Source of the DNA: Sumerlaeia bacterium
GTDB lineage: Bacteria; Sumerlaeota; Sumerlaeia; SLMS01; JAHLLQ01
Direction of reading: 5' to 3'
DNA: 64,000 nt
Assembly: GCA_040219255.1 (NCBI GenBank)
Contig: JAVJSW010000035.1
Location: forward strand, 1-64,000
Below are positions 20,262 to 27,941 of this stretch, one piece after another; the stretch's first letter is position 1, and every line of letters starts with the position of its first letter. Both the position numbers and the translations under genes were made by a program. The notes beneath the pieces were generated by a model. The model ran no database searches, was not told where the DNA came from, and worked only from the letters and a program-made list of their open reading frames with translations.

Positions 20262-20520
20262 ACCACAGAGTCACAGAGGGCACAGAGAGTGTTGTATTCA
20301 GAGGATTTATCAGGAGCATGGGGAAGGGGTCGTGGTGTTTGGGGGGATCGCGAGGCGACCACGGATTTTTTTTGTGTCCCCAGATGTGACGCAGGAATCC
20401 GAGAGGGTTGAACGACATCTGTGAATTGCGGGAAGAAAGGCTTCTCAACCGCAGGTGGCGTGGTTTGTGTTCGCCTTTTGCAATCTCTGTGAAAACTCCG
20501 TCCTCTGAGTGCTCTGTGGT
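20262..20520 (+). mobile_element. Gene-less inverted-repeat element, family C
   Basis: Left ACCACAGAGTCACAGAGGGCACAGAGA (3x CACAGAG); right TCTCTGTG...CTCTGAGTGCTCTGTGGT; AT-richer interior. Confidence 0.7.
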
Positions 20521-20582
20521 TGAATGCTCGATTCGGAGCGGTCCTGACGATATCGGGCTTGCAAATAGTTTCGTCATAGCTC

Positions 20583-20610
20583 TTGAGTCGTGCGCTGATT
20601 GTGGTACCAT
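20583..20610 (+). promoter_or_regulatory. Possible sigma-70 promoter for the aminotransferase operon
   Basis: TTGAGT-16 nt-TACCAT with a TG extended -10. Confidence 0.35.
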
Positions 20611-20658
20611 GCTAATGAGAACGAATACCCGACTCGTTCGCCGACTTTGTTGGTGGGA

Positions 20659-22323
20659 GTGACGGCCTTGCCCTACGATTTCCATTACGATCCCAAATTG
20701 AGTGCGATCACCCACGGGGCCCGGCTCCGCGCGCCTCTCTATCCCGACCCGGAAATGCCGATGGAGGATGTCGCTCCGCATGAGCAGGGCATTCCCGGTT
20801 CGCCGCGCAACGCGCTGTTCTATCAGGATCTGGTGCCGCTGCCGATGGCTTCGCACGGGGATGGGATCTATATTTACGACGAGCAGGGGCGCCGCTACCT
20901 GGACGGGTGCTCGGGGGCGATCTGCGCGAACCTGGGCCATGGCAACAAGCGGATCGCCGCCGTCGCGGCGGAGCAGGCGGGCAAAATCGCTTTCGCCTAT
21001 CGCACCCAGTTCGAGAGCCGGCCAGCGAACGAACTCGCCGACATGCTGGTGCGTCTGGCGCCTCCCGGGCTGAACCGCGTGTTCTTCGTCAACTCCGGTT
21101 CGGAATCGGTGGAGGCGGCGATCAAGCTGGCGCGCCAGTATTGGTGGTCGGTTGGTAAGCAAGGCAAGCACATGATCATCGCGCGGCGCCCGTCCTATCA
21201 CGGGGCGACGCTCGGGGCCTTGTCCGCCACGGCCTATGCGCCGCTGAACATTCCCTACCGGCCGATGTCGCTGAACTTCCCGAAGATCAGCGCGCCGTAT
21301 TGCTATCACTGTCCGCTGAACAAGGAATACCCGAGCTGCGAGATGGCCTGCGCGCGGGAACTGGAGCGCGCCATCCGCGTCCACGGGCCGGACAACATCG
21401 CGGCCTTTATCACCGAGCCCATTGGCGGTGCCAGCACCGGCGGTGCGGTGCCCCCGCCGGAGTGGTTCCCGATGGTGGCGGAGATCTGTAAGGAGTATAA
21501 CATCCTGCTGATCGTGGACGACGTGCTGACTGGCTGCGGGCGCACGGGTACGTTCTATGGTTTCGAGCATTGGGGCGTGACGCCGGACATTGTCGCACTG
21601 AGCAAGGGCCTCGGCGCGGGCTACACGCCGATCGGCGCCACGGTCGCCACCGACACCGTGGTTCAGCCGGTGATGGACAGCGGCGGCTTCATGCACGGCC
21701 ACACCTACGCGGGCAATCCGCTCTCGACAGCCATCGCGCGCGAGGTGTTGAAGATCACGCTGGAAGAAGGCCTGGTGGAGAACGCCGGCGCGATGGGCGT
21801 GGTGCTGCACGAGGGGCTGCACGAATTGATGGCGAAGTACCCGATCATCGGCGACGTGCGGGGCCGGGGTTTGCTGGCGGGCATTGAATTCGTCCGCGAC
21901 CGGGCGAAGCGCGAGCCGTTCCCGGCGCATTGGAACGTGGGCCGGGAAATCACACAGATCGCCCGCGAGCGCGGCCTGCTGATTTATCCGCGCCGTTCGC
22001 TGTACGGTCTTTCCGGCGACCACGTCTTGCTTGCCCCGCCGCTGATTATCAAGGAGGCAGGGATCGAGGAGATGCTGATGCTGTTCGAGCAATCGCTCGA
22101 GGAGTTGATGCCGCTCCTGGACAAGCACTACGAGCAGGACATCGCCGCTGAGGAAGCCTATCGCAACGAGAAGCGCTACGAGCTGGAGGACGAAATCCCC
22201 GCCTACGCGCTCGGCGATATTGAAGGCGTCCAAAGCGACCCGGAAGCCAACGTGACCTGGCAGATGCGCGAGGGCGAAACCGCCCATCCGGAAGATTTGG
22301 TGGAAGACCCGGAGATCCTGTAA
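20659..22323 (+). CDS. Class III PLP aminotransferase (YodT-like); start uncertain (20659-20761)
   Basis: YLDGCSGA...LGH, SGSESVE.A.KLARQY, SYHG.T, EPIGG, DDVLTG.GRTG, SKGLG.GY.P, GHTY.GNP. Confidence 0.92.
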   Translation: MTALPYDFHYDPKLSAITHGARLRAPLYPDPEMPMEDVAPHEQGIPGSPRNALFYQDLVPLPMASHGDGIYIYDEQGRRYLDGCSGAICANLGHGNKRIAAVAAEQAGKIAFAYRTQFESRPANELADMLVRLAPPGLNRVFFVNSGSESVEAAIKLARQYWWSVGKQGKHMIIARRPSYHGATLGALSATAYAPLNIPYRPMSLNFPKISAPYCYHCPLNKEYPSCEMACARELERAIRVHGPDNIAAFITEPIGGASTGGAVPPPEWFPMVAEICKEYNILLIVDDVLTGCGRTGTFYGFEHWGVTPDIVALSKGLGAGYTPIGATVATDTVVQPVMDSGGFMHGHTYAGNPLSTAIAREVLKITLEEGLVENAGAMGVVLHEGLHELMAKYPIIGDVRGRGLLAGIEFVRDRAKREPFPAHWNVGREITQIARERGLLIYPRRSLYGLSGDHVLLAPPLIIKEAGIEEMLMLFEQSLEELMPLLDKHYEQDIAAEEAYRNEKRYELEDEIPAYALGDIEGVQSDPEANVTWQMREGETAHPEDLVEDPEIL

Positions 22324-22350
22324 CCCCAACTGTTAGAAGCCCCGGCACCT

Positions 22351-23049
22351 ATGTCGAAAGTCAGCACCGTCTCCGGCGCCCTGCGCGCCGCCGTCAAGAG
22401 CGGCGACACGATCCTGGTGGGGGGGTTCGGCCGGGGCGGCGTGCCCTTTTCCTGCACGGAATTCCTGGCCGATCACCCCGATGAATTCCGCGATCTGACC
22501 CTCGTGAAGAACGACGCCAACGAACCCGGCCTGGGCATCGGCGCCATGTTCCGTAATCCGGGCCAGGTGAAGAAGCTGATTTCGACCCACATCGGTCTGA
22601 ACCCGGAATTCATCGGCCAGATGAACGCCAAGGAAATCGCCTGCGAGCTGATTCCCCAGGGGATTTTCGCCGAGAAGCTGCGTGCGGGAGGCGCCGGAAT
22701 TCCAGCCTTCCTGCACGACATCGGCATGGGCACGATCGTGGCCGAGGGCAAGCGGACGGTGGATTTCGACGGCCGGCCATGGATTCTGGAGAGCGCCTTG
22801 CGTGGCGATGTGGGGCTGTTGTGCGCCGACATGGCGGACGAGAAAGGCAACGCGTGGTGGCGCGGCACGAACCGCAACATGAACGTGGTAATGGGCATGG
22901 CCGCGCGGACGGTGATCGTGGAAGCCAAGCAGATCGTGCCGGTCGGCACCCTGCGCCCCGAAGACGTGCACCTGCCCGGCGTCTGCGTCACCGCCGTGGT
23001 GCCGGCGGGACCGAGGCGGCACTTACAGAAATTGGCCGCCGATGAATAG
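22351..23049 (+). CDS. CoA-transferase subunit A (YodS/AtoD-like)
   Basis: ILVGGFG..G.P, STHIGLNP, PQG..AEKLRAGGAGIP, AD..GN. Confidence 0.92.
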   Translation: MSKVSTVSGALRAAVKSGDTILVGGFGRGGVPFSCTEFLADHPDEFRDLTLVKNDANEPGLGIGAMFRNPGQVKKLISTHIGLNPEFIGQMNAKEIACELIPQGIFAEKLRAGGAGIPAFLHDIGMGTIVAEGKRTVDFDGRPWILESALRGDVGLLCADMADEKGNAWWRGTNRNMNVVMGMAARTVIVEAKQIVPVGTLRPEDVHLPGVCVTAVVPAGPRRHLQKLAADE

Positions 23050-23123
23050 GATCAATAGGATCAAGCGGCGCCAACGACCTTCGACAAGAAGACATCCCAT
23101 TCATCCCATCCATCTGCGGCTAA
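23032..23123 (+). mobile_element. Gene-less 92-bp inverted-repeat element, family A
   Basis: Left TTGGCCGCCGATGAATAGGATCAATAGGAT; right ATCCCATTCATCCCATCCATCTGCGGCTAA; same termini as 23787-24225. Confidence 0.82.
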
Positions 23124-23128
23124 CTCAA

Positions 23129-23800
23129 ATGACTCCTGAAGAACGTCTCCTGATCGAACGCGCGGCCCGGGAAATCGAGCCCGGTATGGTGGTGAATCTG
23201 GGCATTGGCCTGCCGACGAAAATCCCCGCCGTGTTGCCCGCCGGGTTCGATGTCACGTTTCACAGCGAGAATGGCTTCGCGGGGCTGGGGCCGCCGCTGG
23301 AGGGCGGGACGCCGGACAATGACGTGATCGATGCGGGAGGCCGCGCGGTGACGCTGGAACCGGGCGCGGCGTGTTTTGACTCCGTCACTAGTTTCTCCCT
23401 GGTGCGGGGCGGCAAGGTCGATCTGGCCATTCTCGGTGCCTTCGAAGTCAGCGTGGCCGGCGACCTGGCCAACTGGATGATCCCCGGCAAACTGACCCCC
23501 GGCATGGGCGGCGGGATGGAACTGGCCCAGAAAGCCCGCCGGGTTCTGGTGGTGAGCCGCCACCTGGACAAGCACGGGCGGGGCAAACTGGTGGACGTCT
23601 GCTCGCTGCCCCTGACGGCGGCGGGTTGCGTCAGCACGCTGGTGACGGAGCGGGCGGTGTTTCGCCGGGAGAAGGGCGGCCGCATGCGGCTGGTGAGCGT
23701 GGCGCCGGGGCTGAGCGTGGAAGACGCGCGGGAGGGCATGCCGGAGGGCCTGGAGGCCGAGGGGGCGTTGGAGGCGTGGGAGGGGGTTGGCCGCAGATGA
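23129..23800 (+). CDS. CoA-transferase subunit B (YodR/AtoA-like)
   Basis: VNLGIGLPT, SENG (catalytic Glu), GDLANW.IPG...GMGG.M.L, C.LPLT. Confidence 0.93.
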   Translation: MTPEERLLIERAAREIEPGMVVNLGIGLPTKIPAVLPAGFDVTFHSENGFAGLGPPLEGGTPDNDVIDAGGRAVTLEPGAACFDSVTSFSLVRGGKVDLAILGAFEVSVAGDLANWMIPGKLTPGMGGGMELAQKARRVLVVSRHLDKHGRGKLVDVCSLPLTAAGCVSTLVTERAVFRREKGGRMRLVSVAPGLSVEDAREGMPEGLEAEGALEAWEGVGRR

Positions 23801-24225
23801 ATGCCGATGAATACAGATTGAAAATCGATGAGCTGACCTATCGAATCAATGGCTGCATCTATGAGGTGGCGAATGTCTTGGGTCATGGGTTCTTGGAAAA
23901 GGTCTATGAGAATGCGCTTGCCTGTGAACTCAGGAATCAGAAGTTTAGGGTAGAGCAGCAGAAACCTCTGCCCGTGCTTTACAAAGGAAATATGGTTGGC
24001 GATTATTTTGCTGACCTGCTTGTCGAAAATACTGTCTTGATCGAGCTCAAGTCAATTACCACCAGTTTCCAACCTGTACATCTGGCGCAATGCATGAATT
24101 ACTTGCGCGCAACAAACCTGCACGTCTGCCTGCTCGTCAATTTTGGCAAACCAAAGGTTGAAATCAAACGTGTCGTGCGAAATCTCTAACTCCTAATCCT
24201 ATTCATCCCATTCATCTGCGGCTAA
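23787..24225 (+). mobile_element. GxxExxY cassette enclosed by family-A inverted repeats
   Basis: Left TTGGCCGCAGATGAATGCCGATGAATACAGATT; right AATCCTATTCATCCCATTCATCTGCGGCTAA; the enclosed gene is AT-richer than its flanks. Confidence 0.8.
23797..24189 (+). CDS. GxxExxY protein (PD-(D/E)xK nuclease superfamily)
   Basis: LGHGFLEKVYENAL, ADLLVE..V.IELK, Q..NYL.AT......NFG. Confidence 0.95.
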   Translation: MNADEYRLKIDELTYRINGCIYEVANVLGHGFLEKVYENALACELRNQKFRVEQQKPLPVLYKGNMVGDYFADLLVENTVLIELKSITTSFQPVHLAQCMNYLRATNLHVCLLVNFGKPKVEIKRVVRNL

Positions 24226-24231
24226 AAAATC

Positions 24232-25521
24232 ATGAATCACCTCCCCCCCGATTTCCCCCAAGCCCTCTCCGCCCGCCGTGATTGGGCCATCTCGAACCTG
24301 GCCCGGCTGACCGAGGAACCGACGCTTCTCGGCAATGAAGCCTCCGGCCAGGACGTCGTCGCTGAACTCTACGAAGCCGTCGGGCTCGATGTCGAGATGA
24401 TCGACGTGGACCCGGATGTGTTGGCGTCGAAGCCGGGGTGGTCGCCGGTGGATTGGTCGTATGAGGGGCGCCCTTGTGTGGCTGGGACGCATGAGCCGGG
24501 CGGTTCGCCGGAGGGGCGGTCGCTGGTGTTCAACAGCCACATTGACGTGGTCAGTCCGGAGCCGGTGCAGCTCTGGACGACGCATCCGTTCGAGGCGGAA
24601 ATCTTCGACGGCGAGGACGGCCGGCCGTGGATGCGCGGGCGCGGCGCGGGCGACATGAAGGCGGGGACGCTGGCGTATCTGTGGGCGCTGGGGGCGTTGC
24701 GCGATGCGGGTCTGGAGCCGGCCAGCAAGGTGATCTGTCAATCGCCCATCGAGGAAGAATGCACGGGCAATGGGGCGTTGGCGCTCTGCGAGGCCGGATA
24801 CCTGGGCGACGCGTGCCTGATCCCCGAGCCCTTCGCGGAGACCATCCTCACCGCCCAGGTGGGCGTGCTCTGGTTCGATGTGACGGTTCTGGGCCGCACG
24901 ACGCACGTGCTGGGCGCCGGGCGGGGTGTGAACGCGATCGAGAAAACGTTCCCGATTATCACGGCGCTGCGGGCCCTGGAGGAAGAAATCAACGCTTCGA
25001 TTCCGGCGCTCTACGAAGGCATCGAGCACCCGATCAACCTGAACGTCGGCATCATCGACGGCGGCGATTGGGGCAGTACGGTGGCGGGCGAGTGCACGAC
25101 GCGTTTCCGCCTGGGCCTGTTCCCCGGCGAGAAAATCCCGGACCTGAAGCGCCGCGTCGAGCAGCGCGTGGCCGAGGTGGCCGCGGCGGATCCATGGCTG
25201 AAGAACTTCCCGCCGACGGTGAACTACGTCGGCTTTCACGCGGAGGGCTGCACCTTCGACGGCGCGAGCGATTTCGGCCGCGACCTCGCAGCGATCCATC
25301 GCGATCTGCGCGGTTCGGCGGCGGCGGAACTGCGCTGCACGGCGACGACCGACGTGCGGTTTTTTAACCTGTACTATGATGTGCCGGCGACGTGCTATGG
25401 CCCCATCGCGAAGGACATCCACGGCGTGGACGAGTGCGTGAGCCTGGACAGCATGAGCCGCGTGGCAGAGGTGATGGCGCACCTGATCGCGAGGTGGTGC
25501 GGGGTTCGGAAGCGGGGGTGA
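24232..25521 (+). CDS. ArgE/DapE-family M20 deacylase (YodQ-like)
   Basis: FNSHIDVV, GRGAGDMKAG, EEECTGNG, IPEP, TTD.R, YGP....IH..DE. Confidence 0.93.
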   Translation: MNHLPPDFPQALSARRDWAISNLARLTEEPTLLGNEASGQDVVAELYEAVGLDVEMIDVDPDVLASKPGWSPVDWSYEGRPCVAGTHEPGGSPEGRSLVFNSHIDVVSPEPVQLWTTHPFEAEIFDGEDGRPWMRGRGAGDMKAGTLAYLWALGALRDAGLEPASKVICQSPIEEECTGNGALALCEAGYLGDACLIPEPFAETILTAQVGVLWFDVTVLGRTTHVLGAGRGVNAIEKTFPIITALRALEEEINASIPALYEGIEHPINLNVGIIDGGDWGSTVAGECTTRFRLGLFPGEKIPDLKRRVEQRVAEVAAADPWLKNFPPTVNYVGFHAEGCTFDGASDFGRDLAAIHRDLRGSAAAELRCTATTDVRFFNLYYDVPATCYGPIAKDIHGVDECVSLDSMSRVAEVMAHLIARWCGVRKRG

Positions 25522-25545
25522 TGGGGTAGGGGATTTTCTCAATTA

Positions 25546-25973
25546 ACCACGGAGACACGGAGGCACGGAGATGTTATTGGCCGAGGATGTAACCAATCAA
25601 GTCATTGGAGCTGCGATTGAGGTCCATCGCGCTTTGGGCCCGGGCTTGCTTGAGTCGATATACGAGGAGTGCTTGAGCCATGAACTCAAGTTGCGGGGGC
25701 TCGGTTTTCAGCGCCAGGTACCCTTGCCGATCCGCTACAAAGATTTAGAGCTTCCAGATTCCTACCGCATGGACCTTGTCGTCGAAAACCTGGTAGTTAT
25801 CGAACTTAAATCGGTGATCAAGCTTGAACCAATTCACAAGGCGCAGCTCCTGACATACTTAAAGTTGTCGCGCTTGCCTGTTGGGCTGCTACTTAACTTC
25901 AATACACCTGTCCTAAAGGACGGCCTTGTGCGCCTCGTTCTCTAGCCTCTCCGTGCCTCCGTGTCTCCGTGGT
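25546..25973 (+). mobile_element. GxxExxY cassette enclosed by a perfect 26-bp inverted repeat (family B)
   Basis: 25546-25571 ACCACGGAGACACGGAGGCACGGAGA is the exact reverse complement of 25948-25973. Confidence 0.88.
25571..25945 (+). CDS. GxxExxY protein (PD-(D/E)xK nuclease superfamily)
   Basis: VIGAAIEVHRALGPGLLESIYEECL, RMDLVVE..V.IELKSV, AQLLTYLKL....GLLLNFN. Confidence 0.96.
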   Translation: MLLAEDVTNQVIGAAIEVHRALGPGLLESIYEECLSHELKLRGLGFQRQVPLPIRYKDLELPDSYRMDLVVENLVVIELKSVIKLEPIHKAQLLTYLKLSRLPVGLLLNFNTPVLKDGLVRLVL

Positions 25974-26020
25974 AAAAAGATATCCCCCGGGGGCGTCCAT
26001 CTCGCGGTTTCAAACTCCTT

Positions 26021-27793
26021 CTATTCCCCACCCGCCTCCATCGGCGAACCGTCGCCGGTGGTTTTGACGCGGGCTTTCAGGATGCCGAGTTCCTCGCGGA
26101 GTTTTTCGATGCGTTTGCGCTGGCCGTCGAGGCGGTCGCGTTCGGTGCGGACGAAGCGGGTGTAGGGGCCGATGGCGTCGCGGATGCGATCGACGGAGCG
26201 GTCGATTTCGCGCTCGAATTCGGACTTCAGCGCCGTGGCCACTTTGCGCCGCAGATCGCTGACCTGCTTGCGGAAGGCCTGCTTCATTTCCTTGCGTTTT
26301 TTCGGGATGATGTAGAGCCCGCCGACCGTCAGCAGCACACCCAGGGCCACGCCGGTCACGTCGAGCCACACCAGTTGGGTGGCCATGATCAGCGCCGCGC
26401 CCACACCGACGCCGCCGACCATGCCCAGCAGCGTCGTGGCGAAGGTGGTCTGGATCATGCCCGCCAGGCGGTCCGACTCCTTGTTGCGGTCGTAGGACTC
26501 GACGGTGCGCCGCGTCTTGCCAATGACATCGTCCAGGAGGCGGGCCCGTTCGCCGGCGAATTCGCGGTTGATGTTGCCGATCATGCGGTCCTGGTATCGT
26601 TGGCGGCGCTGCTCGACATGCTGCATCACGCTGGTCCACTGGCGCAGGTCCGCCGCCACGATCCAGTCCAGAATCTCGTTCACGCGGCGCTCGACTTCCG
26701 ACGCCGTGTCGGCCACCACTTCGTGCTCGAAGTTGTCGCGGATCAGCTCTTTGCTCATCAGTTCTTTGATGCGGGTGATGCGGACGTGTTCTTCGATGAA
26801 GTCGAGGCCGCGCTTTTCGAATTCGAGGAGCACGTTGTCCACCTTGGCCAGGCGGTATCCGAAATCGCGGCGCATGTCGTCGCGGTACGTGTTCAGTTGG
26901 CCGTCGATGTCTTCGATGGAGCGGATGTCGTCCTTGAGCACGGCGACGCGTTCGGTGGCGCCTTCGACGGCTTGTTCGCTGATTTGGATGCCGACGCCGA
27001 GGGGGCTGAGGAGTTTGAGGCGGATGCGTTCGCCTTGGTCCAGGGTGTCGCGGATGAAGTGCTCGAGGTCGTGAAAGCCGGACGCCTTGATGCGTTCGTC
27101 GTCCGGGCCGGCGCCGTCGAGCTTGGCCTTGAGGGCGCGCTTGGCCGACACGGGGAAGATGGGTGGCTCGGATTCGAGGGTCTGGCTGGCGCCGCTGCGC
27201 AGGAACTGAAGGACCGGTTCGCGCTCGTCCTCGTCCAGGAGATCGGCCTTGTTCATGACGACCACGACGCGTTTGCCCCACTTGCGGATGAGGTCGAGAA
27301 AGGTGCGTTCGGTTTCCGTGTAGGCCTGGACGGCGCTCGTGACAAAGAGAACGAGGTCGCTGCGGGGGACGAATTCGCGGGTGATCTTTTCGTGTTCGCG
27401 GACGATGGCGTTCGTGCCCGGAGTGTCCACGATAGCCAGCTCGCGCAGGATTTCCACGGGCGCCTGAATCGCGTCGGTGTGTTCGTCGATAGGTTCGACT
27501 TTCTCCGCGTCGCCGTAGCGCAGGATGCCGACGCGCTGGGTGGTGGGAGTGGCGCCTTCTTTCAGGAGCCGCTTGCCAACGAGAGCGTTGATAAAGGTGG
27601 ACTTGCCGGAATTGAACTCGCCCACGACGACCAGCAGAAAGAGGTCGTCGAGCCCGCTCAGCGCATCCGCCAAGGTTTCGCGCACGCTTTCTTCCGCTTC
27701 GAACTCCTGAAGCGTCGACTTCAAATCCGACAGGGTGGAACGGGTTTCGTTGAGGAGTGTCAGTTGATGATCGTTGAGAATGCGGGCGAGCAT
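26021..27793 (-). CDS. Bacterial dynamin-like GTPase
   Basis: GEFNSGKS (G1), PTT (G2), DTPG (G3), NKAD (G4); helical stalk and C-terminal hydrophobic paddle. Confidence 0.9.
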   Translation of the reverse strand: MLARILNDHQLTLLNETRSTLSDLKSTLQEFEAEESVRETLADALSGLDDLFLLVVVGEFNSGKSTFINALVGKRLLKEGATPTTQRVGILRYGDAEKVEPIDEHTDAIQAPVEILRELAIVDTPGTNAIVREHEKITREFVPRSDLVLFVTSAVQAYTETERTFLDLIRKWGKRVVVVMNKADLLDEDEREPVLQFLRSGASQTLESEPPIFPVSAKRALKAKLDGAGPDDERIKASGFHDLEHFIRDTLDQGERIRLKLLSPLGVGIQISEQAVEGATERVAVLKDDIRSIEDIDGQLNTYRDDMRRDFGYRLAKVDNVLLEFEKRGLDFIEEHVRITRIKELMSKELIRDNFEHEVVADTASEVERRVNEILDWIVAADLRQWTSVMQHVEQRRQRYQDRMIGNINREFAGERARLLDDVIGKTRRTVESYDRNKESDRLAGMIQTTFATTLLGMVGGVGVGAALIMATQLVWLDVTGVALGVLLTVGGLYIIPKKRKEMKQAFRKQVSDLRRKVATALKSEFEREIDRSVDRIRDAIGPYTRFVRTERDRLDGQRKRIEKLREELGILKARVKTTGDGSPMEAGGE

Positions 27794-27941
27794 AGGGGCG
27801 GTGTCTTCGGGTCGCGGGAATCGGGCACAGCCATGTAGCCCGCGAGGCGGGGAATCGGGCAACCCCCTTTTGAGTCTTCGGCTTGGGCGGAGGAGGAATC
27901 TGGAACCGCGGAGGGACGCGGATCGGCTTGGATTCGGCTCC

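Noticed and set aside
23042-23128. N-terminal extension of CoA-transferase B (and the 23626-23796 extension of GxxExxY)
   Set aside because: These are translations of the repeat element or of an alternative frame of the upstream gene.
23032-25973. Short tandem units in the repeat arms as mini-CRISPR arrays
   Set aside because: Units are 8-10 nt, directly adjacent, inverted between arms, with no spacers and no cas genes.
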